From the IMG/VR virus record IMGVR_UViG_3300023171_000009, positions 9,113 to 73,112 of that record: a DNA stretch of 64,000 bases; one strand, written 5' to 3'. The translations under genes were made by a program, and so were the position numbers. Shown here in pieces: positions 45,242 through 53,893 of the stretch; the stretch's first letter is position 1, and every line of letters begins with the position of its first letter. Under the pieces are notes generated by a model. The model was not told the origin of the DNA and did no database searches. It worked only from the letters and a program-made list of their open reading frames with translations. Origin of the DNA: a virus.

Positions 45242-45441
45242 GATTTAGTTGTTTGTTTACTATGCTTGACGGCAGCGTCCATAGCATCGTAAGAACTGTT
45301 GTAACTATCTATAGGGATAAAAAATCCACCTTCGTCTCTATAGGTTAGGTGATATTTTTTGTTAAAATACGCTATTTTATACGGCTCGCATCGTAATAAA
45401 GGCGGAGAGTATTTTGTTGCTGGTATATTTACCCATTTCAT
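45238..45441 (-). CDS. Hypothetical protein (paralog of 43929-44180)
   Basis: MKWVNIPAT. Confidence 0.6.
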   Translation of the reverse strand: MKWVNIPATKYSPPLLRCEPYKIAYFNKKYHLTYRDEGGFFIPIDSYNSSYDAMDAAVKHSKQTTKS

Positions 45442-45442
45442 A

Positions 45443-46081
45443 TTAGCGCCTTCCTATTTTGATAACTGGTTTTGCAATGATTACTTGATTAGTATTTTTA
45501 GCGTTAGCAATAGTAGTAATAGCGGTCATTTCCACATCACGAATAGACTCTTTTTCTGGCTCCAATATATGCTCATCGAACGCTTTTGCAACCATTCCGG
45601 AATCCGCAAATTGTATAAAATGACGGGGAATGACTACTCCGGCGGCAGCAACTTGATCAACGGTTAGAACATCGTAATTACCGCGTATGTAAGCGAATAG
45701 ATTCAAGGAACGGTCTTGCGCGGTTAGCTTGAGTCTACGCTCTCTCAAAGCCGCTTTATCGCGGATTTGAATATACATACTAGCCATTACTTCAATATTA
45801 CCTTTTATGGATCTTTTAGCAAAGAACTTGATAATCTGCCCCTCCGGTATCATAAAACGGGCACTAGTCCATTCACCGCAAAGAGTTTTAAGCCCTCTAA
45901 AAGCCGGTCCTTTTTCAGCGTTACTTCTACTAATATTGCCGTGCTTATATTGCGCAGCCATATCAAGAATAGTCTCTTTTAAGCCGATGTCCTCAGACTT
46001 AGGGCACCAATAAGCTTGTAGAGAGGCGGTTTTGCCGTCGTAATTTTCGCTTCCTGTTAGTATATCGATTGGTAGTCTCAT
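45443..46081 (-). CDS. Hypothetical protein in AAA module
   Basis: Coupled to ATPase. Confidence 0.7.
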   Translation of the reverse strand: MRLPIDILTGSENYDGKTASLQAYWCPKSEDIGLKETILDMAAQYKHGNISRSNAEKGPAFRGLKTLCGEWTSARFMIPEGQIIKFFAKRSIKGNIEVMASMYIQIRDKAALRERRLKLTAQDRSLNLFAYIRGNYDVLTVDQVAAAGVVIPRHFIQFADSGMVAKAFDEHILEPEKESIRDVEMTAITTIANAKNTNQVIIAKPVIKIGRR

Positions 46082-47700
46082 CGTTTAGTGATTGTTGGAC
46101 GTGCTAACGGTCTAGATGGCGGTAAAGGTCTAGGCTTTGCTGCAACGATTTCATTTTTATCCTCTTTTAAGGTAGAGGCATTCACCGCATGCATATCGCC
46201 CCATTTACGCATGGCTTCAAATCGTTCTTTGTGTGAATTGCTTATAGGATTAATAGCTTTAGCGTGCTGTAACAATAGGTCAGAAGTAGGCAGTTTACCA
46301 TTGTTAAGGCAAAAAGTGATAGTATCAACCACGCATTTTTCAATCTCAGCACCAATAAAGCCAGTAGTGGCTAGATCAAATGCATTCATGGGCACACTAG
46401 GCGCAGTATATCCCCGTTTTTTAAGGTGGATTTTAAGGATGTCCCATCGGTCTTGAACATTAGGAATATCCACAAAAAACTTTTCATCAAGACGCCCTGG
46501 CCGTAAAAGCTCAATGGGAATTTGAGTTACATCATTTGCGGTCAAAACGAAAAACGCGCCTTCGTTCATTTCTTGCATGTTAAATAACAATTGCTGAAGG
46601 ACGCGGCTAGATGCTCCACTGTCCCCGTTAGCGCCAGAAGATAAACCTGCCTTATCGATTTCATCAATCCATATAATGCATTGACCTAATGCTTTCAATG
46701 TTTTGAAAGTAGCTGTGGTTTTAGCTTCTGATTCCCCTACTATCCCGCCAAAACACATGCCGACATCAAACCTAATCAAGGGCAGGCTTAGCTTAGCTGC
46801 GATGGCTTTTGCGATAAGGCTTTTACCGTTTCCAGGCGGTCCCACTACTAGGACACCCTTCATAGGGTCGGCTCCTTTGGCAATAGCTGCGGATTCTAGT
46901 CTGATTTTATTGAAGTCTAGCCACTGTTTTAAGCCGTGTAAACCGCCTACTGTATCCATGTTAACTGGCGGGTAAAGTTCCAAAGTTTCAGATTTTCGAA
47001 TGATTTCCTCCTTGGACTGAAGAACATCACTAACTAAAATTCCTATATCCGTTGACGTGATAGCGTCGATATTTTTAGCGGCAGCACGCGAAAAGGCTTT
47101 CTCTGCTTCAAATTGTGTCATTCCAGCGCCAGAATGCGAAAGTGCAACGATTTCACTTGAGGGTAAATCACGAGATTGCCCTATCTTATCAAGCGCTATT
47201 TGGGCCATAGCGGCAACATCGGGTAACTCCAAATCAATGATTGTTATCTCCGGCTCAATCTCTACTGGAATTTTACAGGCTTCCGGGATTACAAAAACCA
47301 ACGTATGCCCGGTTGATGGGAATATATGGCAGTATTCGCTAATTATCGCCTGAGCGGTAGGCGAGTCAAAATGCGGATGCGGATGCGTCATTACTGCAAT
47401 TGCATTATCCGCAAACTTTTCCACAGCCAGCAAAGCAGCTATAAACCCATTATCTGGCTCATAATCTGTATACTTCTCCCAAACACTTATCAAAACGCCA
47501 TGGGCATCTGGTTTACCGTATTTCAACACCTCCCATCCCTTAGCTGCATCCCAGCGGTAAAACGGTTGTGGCTTTTGTTCTCCATTAGCTGCAAACGCTT
47601 GAAGCAAGTTTTGAGTTCTGCGAGCCTCCCTTGTCCGGGTAGCAATAACACCCACTCTAGCGATACGGGATAAGTTGAATTCAGATAAGTAATCAGACAT
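46078..47700 (-). CDS. AAA+ ATPase, Ycf46-like
   Basis: GPPGNGKS, WIDEIDK, TAN, LLRPGRLD; degenerate N-terminal AAA domain. Confidence 0.9.
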   Translation of the reverse strand: MSDYLSEFNLSRIARVGVIATRTREARRTQNLLQAFAANGEQKPQPFYRWDAAKGWEVLKYGKPDAHGVLISVWEKYTDYEPDNGFIAALLAVEKFADNAIAVMTHPHPHFDSPTAQAIISEYCHIFPSTGHTLVFVIPEACKIPVEIEPEITIIDLELPDVAAMAQIALDKIGQSRDLPSSEIVALSHSGAGMTQFEAEKAFSRAAAKNIDAITSTDIGILVSDVLQSKEEIIRKSETLELYPPVNMDTVGGLHGLKQWLDFNKIRLESAAIAKGADPMKGVLVVGPPGNGKSLIAKAIAAKLSLPLIRFDVGMCFGGIVGESEAKTTATFKTLKALGQCIIWIDEIDKAGLSSGANGDSGASSRVLQQLLFNMQEMNEGAFFVLTANDVTQIPIELLRPGRLDEKFFVDIPNVQDRWDILKIHLKKRGYTAPSVPMNAFDLATTGFIGAEIEKCVVDTITFCLNNGKLPTSDLLLQHAKAINPISNSHKERFEAMRKWGDMHAVNASTLKEDKNEIVAAKPRPLPPSRPLARPTITKR

Positions 47701-47726
47701 AGGTTAAGTTTCTTTACCAGTATAGC

Positions 47727-48152
47727 CTAAACACTAGAACTTGCAACAGGAACCATATTTAAAAGTTTATTTAACTTATTGAGTGACGTTAACGTAGATT
47801 TTAAATCAAGTATAGCACGCTCTAATGCCTCTTCAGTCACATTGTAATTATATGCCAACGAGACTCCACCCTCGGTTACGCACTTTACCCGCTCCTGCCC
47901 CCCCTCCCCCTCTTGGCCTAATAATCCAAAATGCCCCCCTAATCCATTTTCTCTATAGTATAGAACATTCGATCTAAAAGGCCCATTAGGCTCTGTGCCA
48001 GCCAATAGTTTGCCTGTTTTAGTAAAATAAAGGCAGAAGACGCCACATCCTTCATACAAAAAATATACTTTGTTTTTAACAACTCGAATATTTTTAATAC
48101 TTTCGATGGGGAAACCTGCTACTTTTGCTATTTGTTCAACTGTAAAGTTCAT
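47727..48152 (-). CDS. Hypothetical protein
   Basis: ORF. Confidence 0.65.
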   Translation of the reverse strand: MNFTVEQIAKVAGFPIESIKNIRVVKNKVYFLYEGCGVFCLYFTKTGKLLAGTEPNGPFRSNVLYYRENGLGGHFGLLGQEGEGGQERVKCVTEGGVSLAYNYNVTEEALERAILDLKSTLTSLNKLNKLLNMVPVASSSV

Positions 48153-48199
48153 ATGATGTTATTTTATTTATTTTATTTATTTTAATTTACCCTTCAATC

Positions 48200-48364
48200 T
48201 TACATTCCACGGGTAATTTTTTTAACAAGACCGCATTTATAACGATATACAAGGGCGGACCGGCCATTGTTCAACTTTACCATAAAAGCTTCAATGTCGC
48301 GAACCATACCTTTTGAAAGGATTGGGTAAGTTTGGCCGGAAGTTGTAGTGATTGTTTCGTTCAT
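48200..48364 (-). CDS. Small early protein, leaderless
   Basis: ATG 6 nt after -10 (48371-48376); starts MNET. Confidence 0.65.
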   Translation of the reverse strand: MNETITTTSGQTYPILSKGMVRDIEAFMVKLNNGRSALVYRYKCGLVKKITRGM

Positions 48365-48426
48365 GCGTGGATGATGGACCATAAAAAAGATTCTGCAAGC
48401 TGTTTTCTTCAGATTTTGCAATTATT

Positions 48427-48720
48427 TCACTTTTTACAGTCTCCTTTTTCATGATGACTTACAGTCGTAAACCATATTTGCCCTCCGCAGTTGGTGCAAT
48501 AGTCAACAGGAAAAAGAGGCGTTTCACCCGGATAACAAACAATTAGCTGCCCCGCTGTTTTGTTTTTATTTTTCTTCCGATTAAAATCTATTGATGTTGT
48601 TAAAGGTTCGGAAATTCTTATTCCATTAGGCATTTCATAAAGGTTACGAACAAAGCCAAATCCGTTTCCAATTCCTACAATTTGCTTTTCAGCAATCAAT
48701 TTCATTTCACTAGTGGTCAT
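48427..48720 (-). CDS. Hypothetical protein
   Basis: ORF, CXXC. Confidence 0.6.
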   Translation of the reverse strand: MTTSEMKLIAEKQIVGIGNGFGFVRNLYEMPNGIRISEPLTTSIDFNRKKNKNKTAGQLIVCYPGETPLFPVDYCTNCGGQIWFTTVSHHEKGDCKK

Positions 48721-48721
48721 A

Positions 48722-48922
48722 TCAATCTTTAAATTTAATACAAATTATCCGTTTTCCTGCTAATGCTAGATCGCGAGCAGCTTTAATTCCCTTACGGGTA
48801 ATTACAGAGTAAGAAATGTTTTCATAATCGAAACTAACACAACCTGTATAGCTATCCACTATCGCTTTAGCTTTTTTTATAATTTCAGGAGTAAGGACTG
48901 GCAGAAGAGCGGTTTCGTTCAT
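48722..48922 (-). CDS. Small early protein, leaderless
   Basis: ATG 6 nt after -10 (48929-48934); starts MNET. Confidence 0.65.
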   Translation of the reverse strand: MNETALLPVLTPEIIKKAKAIVDSYTGCVSFDYENISYSVITRKGIKAARDLALAGKRIICIKFKD

Positions 48923-48978
48923 GGGAGGACAATGGACCATAAAAAAGCATTCGCAAGCCTTTTTTCGAAATTTTGCAA

Positions 48979-49221
48979 TTATTTCAATTTTTCTAAAATA
49001 TCATTGTTTGAATCTGTAGAAGGGTAGACTCTTCCGCTTTTGTGCCAACGATCACGGATAGGGGTTTCTTCTCCCGTATCATAAAAACCGCATCGGTCAC
49101 AGCCTCCACCTTGTTGGATATGAGTAATCACAACCGTTTCTCCGCAGCGAGTCCGATATTTACCCGGCCCATCAATAATAACTGGAAGCGTAACAGAATA
49201 GTAATGAGGGAGAATTTTCAT
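48979..49221 (-). CDS. Hypothetical protein
   Basis: ORF; promoter at 49262-49289. Confidence 0.65.
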   Translation of the reverse strand: MKILPHYYSVTLPVIIDGPGKYRTRCGETVVITHIQQGGGCDRCGFYDTGEETPIRDRWHKSGRVYPSTDSNNDILEKLK

Positions 49222-49372
49222 TTTTGGAAGGATTGGGTTACCGCTTGTTTGCGATGTGGTGACAATGGGCGATAAAAAACACTATGCAAGCGATTTTTCG
49301 TCAAAAAAACAAAATCCCCGGAATTCTTTAAGAAAACCGAGGATTTCATTAAGTTTAGTTTTTGCAACGATT

Positions 49373-49603
49373 TCAAGCTTGTGTCAAAAGCCCAATTTTA
49401 TAGTTAAGCGTATCTATTTCTTTTTTAGCTTCTTGCAATAAATCTTCTAAAACCAAGCGTTTCGCAAGTTCGCGCAATGCTTGAGCTTTAAAAGTGTCAG
49501 GTATTGTAGGAAGCTGCGAATGCCCCTTTCTAGGGTATCCATAGTCTGTCAACATTGAACGCTCTTTAGCGACTTCATTGGACCACATATTCCAATTTTT
49601 CAT
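49373..49603 (-). CDS. Hypothetical protein
   Basis: ORF; start uncertain. Confidence 0.55.
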   Translation of the reverse strand: MKNWNMWSNEVAKERSMLTDYGYPRKGHSQLPTIPDTFKAQALRELAKRLVLEDLLQEAKKEIDTLNYKIGLLTQA

Positions 49604-49644
49604 AAAACAGCGCCGGTTTTTAAAGGACCGGTAACCTTTTAATT

Positions 49645-49959
49645 TTATCGAATTGACGCTGGAAAGTAAATGTAAGGCGTTACGCTCCATTTTTCCCAAA
49701 CGATTTCACCATCCGCGTTTTCATCTATTCCTACGTAAGCCACGGTTTTAAGGAGTTTGGCGGGGCGGGTTCCTTTACCTAAACCCGCACCACAATAAAG
49801 AGTATGGGTTGCACCACGCTCTTCGCTCCACTCACAAGGAGCGCTAGTGTAAAACTCATGGCTATTTTTAAATTCCGTGTCCTTTACAATTAACAAATCG
49901 CGGGTTTTGACATTAGGGATGGCGGCTACTAAGGCTTTGTTGGCTTCGATTGCGTTCAT
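49645..49959 (-). CDS. Small early protein, leaderless
   Basis: ATG 6 nt after -10 (49966-49971); MNAIEANK. Confidence 0.65.
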   Translation of the reverse strand: MNAIEANKALVAAIPNVKTRDLLIVKDTEFKNSHEFYTSAPCEWSEERGATHTLYCGAGLGKGTRPAKLLKTVAYVGIDENADGEIVWEKWSVTPYIYFPASIR

Positions 49960-50011
49960 GCCTTGACAATGACACACGAAGAACGCTGCGCAACCTATTT
50001 TTGCAACGATT

Positions 50012-50437
50012 TCACTTTTTCGGTTTTTTACGGGCAAAAAAGAAGCCGATAACCAATAATCCGATCAAAATCATAATATCAGGCTCCGGAATAGCGCACG
50101 TTCCTGGAACAGGAACCGTAGAAACACTTATAAATTGCGGTCCCTCATACCCTAAAACCACGGATTGCACTGGCACGAAGGGCGAATCAAATCGGATACT
50201 CGTTACGCTTGGCGTATAATTTCGTGTTCCCATGTATTGATACCCGTTAGAAATCGTTCCTACGTTCGGCATCCCTTGGATTGGCCCGTCAGAAAGACTT
50301 GAAAAAGAAGAAACATAAGCTTCCAGAAATACAATCTCCGTTCCCGCAGGAAACATGTAATCGTAAGTGTAAGTATCACCGTTTAAGAAGGCGGAACCTG
50401 TAACGGTATCGAATTGCAGAGTAAGTATAGTGTCCAT
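50012..50437 (-). CDS. Protein with PEP-CTERM-like C-terminal sorting signal
   Basis: IPEP + hydrophobic helix (DIMILIGLLVIGFFFA) + RKKPKK. Confidence 0.75.
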   Translation of the reverse strand: MDTILTLQFDTVTGSAFLNGDTYTYDYMFPAGTEIVFLEAYVSSFSSLSDGPIQGMPNVGTISNGYQYMGTRNYTPSVTSIRFDSPFVPVQSVVLGYEGPQFISVSTVPVPGTCAIPEPDIMILIGLLVIGFFFARKKPKK

Positions 50438-50481
50438 AGGGTTATATAGTATAGGCTAGATTATAAGTTTTTCAATGCACG

Positions 50482-50514
50482 AAAAAACCCGGACTCCATG
50501 ACAGAATCCGGGTT
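50482..50514 (-). terminator. Rho-independent terminator ending the late operon
   Basis: AACCCGGA/TCCGGGTT stem plus U-tract. Confidence 0.8.
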
Positions 50515-50535
50515 AAAGTGAAATCGTTGCAGAAT

Positions 50536-50964
50536 TTATGCCGCCGTTGACTTTGCCTGTTCGGCAATAGCTTTGATCAACTCGGAATAAGGAACTTTCA
50601 CACGATTTTGATCGTAAGCCACGCTAATCGCCGCGCCTAGCAAAATCCAATGCTCCTTGTCCCCAGCAATGGACAAAACAAGCTTGTTAATATCGGCTCC
50701 CGTGGTGCTTTCATCGGTGGCTACAAGGAGCGTATCCGCTACTTGGGTAATCACGGCAGCTTTTGCGGCGCGATCTTCAGGAGATTTTGCCTTGCTGAGA
50801 ACTTTAGTAACAGCCAGCGAAGTTGCGGTTTGTGCTAAAAACGTATAATCCGCAGGGTTTTTGGTGCCGTCCGGGTTGGTAGTTTGACACGCCGTGAAAA
50901 ACGGCATGATGGCAAAGACCAGAAGCAGGCAAAGCAGATTTTGAAGCATTTTAGGGAATTTCAT
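50536..50964 (-). CDS. Lipoprotein
   Basis: Signal with lipobox FTA-C. Confidence 0.7.
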   Translation of the reverse strand: MKFPKMLQNLLCLLLVFAIMPFFTACQTTNPDGTKNPADYTFLAQTATSLAVTKVLSKAKSPEDRAAKAAVITQVADTLLVATDESTTGADINKLVLSIAGDKEHWILLGAAISVAYDQNRVKVPYSELIKAIAEQAKSTAA

Positions 50965-51019
50965 AGGTTGTTTTAGGTTAGGTTTTGCAATAGTTGCAAT
51001 TTTTTAACGAGGCTGAACC

Positions 51020-51415
51020 CTACTCCTTTTTAAGCTCCGGATCAACTGGAATAATCACATCTGAATTAGCTTCCGCCGTTTGTTTGATAGTATCAGCAGC
51101 TTCGTTAGTGTCAGGACCGGCAAAACCATCCTCATCAAGCGGCTGCGTAGCGATAGGTGTTTGATTGATAGTTTTTTGCAATTCCTTAACCCCCGCTCTG
51201 TTCTGAGAGCCTACCCAATCCGCTATAATAGCCCATGCAGTTGCGCCGAAAAACGCGGCCCATCCTAAAATAGTTTCTTGTGGAATGTTTAAATTCAGCG
51301 CAATTACAGCTTTAGTTAATGCAATAGTAGCTAAACTAATAAGAGCCTTCAAAACAAGGCCTTTTGCCCCCATCAGAGAAGTAATGAGGATTGTTTTAAT
51401 TGGTTTTGGGTTCAT
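51020..51415 (-). CDS. Holin-like membrane protein
   Basis: Two TMs; C-terminal LDEDGFAGPDT resembling a peptidoglycan-binding fragment. Confidence 0.5.
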   Translation of the reverse strand: MNPKPIKTILITSLMGAKGLVLKALISLATIALTKAVIALNLNIPQETILGWAAFFGATAWAIIADWVGSQNRAGVKELQKTINQTPIATQPLDEDGFAGPDTNEAADTIKQTAEANSDVIIPVDPELKKE

Positions 51416-51440
51416 GTCTACGATTTTATATGTTATTTTA

Positions 51441-52196
51441 TCACTGTCCTAACGGTTTATTCTGCGAAATATCTGGAAAATAGTTAATAGGCGGGAGCGT
51501 TTGCTCAAAAACCTTAGCCCAAAGTAATCCAGTCATTTGAGAATTATGCGCCCTTGTTAAATTAAGGACTTGAGATTGTGCTCTAAATTGCGTTTCAACT
51601 TCTTTAAGCTTTTCTCCTACTGACGTTTTCAATACTGCCAGTTCATGGGCTTGATTGTTATATTCTGATTTCAACTCTGCTATGTCACGGCCTTTATCGC
51701 CTCTATCAACTTCAGAAGCCGTAGCTTTCTGGTTCAAGGAGGCTAGAATTCCGGACGCATTAAATAAGTCCTGAGCATTTCTACTAACGGTTGAATCAAG
51801 TCTTGAAATATCAGCACGTAAAGGGATTCCATAACTATCAACGTAGCTTCTAACGGTAGAGACGCCCCAAGTCATTAACCCACCAGCCACTAAACCAAGG
51901 ACGGCTATTCCTGTTTGAATCGTAAACTTTTTGTTATCGTCCTGCCCTTTAGTTTTGGAATTTATAGTTTGCGCCAAGCTTTCATGACTTTGGTGAATTG
52001 CTTTTTCCAGATTTTCCTGATTGCTTCGCTGGATTCTGGAAAGATTCTCCATCCCTTCCTTAGTATTAGCGGCTAAATCAGCTAAATTTTTAGCAAACGT
52101 ATTCTGTTGGAGTTCCAGTAAAACTAACCGCTCTCCTAATGCGTAATTACTTACTCTTTTTTCAGTAGTGGTTGGACTATCCGATTCATTAGACAT
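51441..52196 (-). CDS. Single-pass membrane coiled-coil protein
   Basis: TM GIAVLGLVAGGLMTWGV flanked by heptads. Confidence 0.6.
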   Translation of the reverse strand: MSNESDSPTTTEKRVSNYALGERLVLLELQQNTFAKNLADLAANTKEGMENLSRIQRSNQENLEKAIHQSHESLAQTINSKTKGQDDNKKFTIQTGIAVLGLVAGGLMTWGVSTVRSYVDSYGIPLRADISRLDSTVSRNAQDLFNASGILASLNQKATASEVDRGDKGRDIAELKSEYNNQAHELAVLKTSVGEKLKEVETQFRAQSQVLNLTRAHNSQMTGLLWAKVFEQTLPPINYFPDISQNKPLGQ

Positions 52197-52210
52197 AATA
52201 ATCTTAAAGT

Positions 52211-53383
52211 TTATAAAGTTTTTCGCTTTGCCTTGTTATCCGCTTTTATGATAGCCTTGTTAGTGGCTTTGAGTTGTTTTCTCATCGCGGCAGCCGCTTC
52301 ATTAGCGGCCTTTCGTTCAGCTTCTGTAGCGTTTTCTCCTAACCCATTAACTTGGACAGCAGGCTTATCACACTCTGCTGAAGTCACGTATCCTCCGGTT
52401 TTATCAAAAGAATGAGTTACACTCTTTAAATGCCAGTATGACGGCATCTTAATGCCCGTTTCCACATCATAAAACCCTTCGGTTTTTATCATCGTCTCTG
52501 CCTTAAGCTTAGGGTTTCCTCTATAAAGAGAAAACTCAAAAGAATGCCCCTCTACTTCCAGCATCGAAGCCCGTCCCGCCGCTGCCGCGTTTGCCAACTC
52601 TTCTGTAGCATACACCCCCGGTAAGGCTAGTCTAGCATTTTCTTTGCGATCTGCTTCGCCTGAATCAGTTCTAACAACTTTTACGGCATATGAATATTTG
52701 CCAGTATCTTTATTATATACATTAGCCACTACTGCCCCGTAATTACTTGTGCTCTGATTTAACCAACTCCAACTAGAACAAGCGTCTTCTTTTACGGTAT
52801 CTGATAGTGCTTGGATAGTTCCGACTTTTGCAAATAATAAAGTTTTACCACTAACTTTAAAGCTGGCACCATAACGTAACCCAAGGGCAGTTAAGAACGA
52901 TTGATCGGACTCGTTGCGTTGAATCATCGAACTTGCAATAATACCATAAAATTCAGGATCAATTATGGGCGTCATTTCGTTGCGCTGAGCAACGTGTTCA
53001 ACAATATCAGCTAATGATTGATTATCGTAAGTAGTGTTATGAGTTTCTTTCCACATTCCTCCGGTAGCCAAAGCGTGAAAATGAAAAGCAACCTCTCTTC
53101 CTCCGGATTTACTTTTTTGAACGCTGGACTCATCAAAGATAAAATCGCCCATGTTAACCATGCCTTCGTATTTAGGCATGTTGGACGCTTCCTGATAGCC
53201 TAAAAATAACGTAGCTTTGGCTCCTCTTTTGGGGATTTGAATAGCGGGAACGGCATCCAATCTAACAACTAACCTATCGTTGTTAAAGCCATAAGTATCT
53301 TGTAAAGTTAACCCTATGAAGCGATCCTGTAAACGGTCTGTATAGTCAATTCCGTTTATGTAAAATATGTATCCGGGTTTCAT
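52211..53383 (-). CDS. P2 gpD-like (late control D) baseplate hub protein
   Basis: DRLVVRLD, QRNESDQSFLTALGLRYGA; position after gpU. Confidence 0.85.
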   Translation of the reverse strand: MKPGYIFYINGIDYTDRLQDRFIGLTLQDTYGFNNDRLVVRLDAVPAIQIPKRGAKATLFLGYQEASNMPKYEGMVNMGDFIFDESSVQKSKSGGREVAFHFHALATGGMWKETHNTTYDNQSLADIVEHVAQRNEMTPIIDPEFYGIIASSMIQRNESDQSFLTALGLRYGASFKVSGKTLLFAKVGTIQALSDTVKEDACSSWSWLNQSTSNYGAVVANVYNKDTGKYSYAVKVVRTDSGEADRKENARLALPGVYATEELANAAAAGRASMLEVEGHSFEFSLYRGNPKLKAETMIKTEGFYDVETGIKMPSYWHLKSVTHSFDKTGGYVTSAECDKPAVQVNGLGENATEAERKAANEAAAAMRKQLKATNKAIIKADNKAKRKTL

Positions 53384-53892
53384 TTAAAGAATTCTGTTAA
53401 CCCACCAACAAAAGATTTTATTTGCGACTGCCATTGCGAAATGTCAAAAGCGCCGCTTGAAACTATACCATCACCACCAATAACATCAGTAGTGTAATGC
53501 AATAAATCTATGGAATAGGAACTTGTTTGATGATCGCCATTCCTTAGAAAGTCTTCTTGTTCATCAGATATATCAAGAATAGCAAATAAGCCATAAGAAA
53601 CGCCACTACCATCAACTAATGGAAAAGGCACTCCTTGTTTCTGAAGTGCAACGATTTCATTTATTTGGTTTAGCCCCGCAGCTTGAAGACCATATGCTGC
53701 TCCTAACGCGCTAAAGGTAACACCCGTAAGGCTGATAGAATGATTCTTAAATCCTGTAAACTGTAAAGGATCTTCGCTGCCAATGCGAGACATAGCAACC
53801 CATGAAGCTGAATTCTTGATAGACTTTTTAAGCAAGGGCCGCATCTTTGCCGTAAAGGTTACCCCTCCTAACGTGTATAATATTTCGTCCAT
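53380..53892 (-). CDS. P2 gpU-like tail protein
   Basis: RIGSEDPLQFTG, PFPLVDGSGVSYG; start refined to MDEIL. Confidence 0.85.
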   Translation of the reverse strand: MDEILYTLGGVTFTAKMRPLLKKSIKNSASWVAMSRIGSEDPLQFTGFKNHSISLTGVTFSALGAAYGLQAAGLNQINEIVALQKQGVPFPLVDGSGVSYGLFAILDISDEQEDFLRNGDHQTSSYSIDLLHYTTDVIGGDGIVSSGAFDISQWQSQIKSFVGGLTEFFK

Positions 53893-53893
53893 T

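Noticed and set aside
47895-47910. C-rich tract CCCCCCTCCCCCTC
   Set aside because: Encodes GEGG in frame; no sign of phase variation
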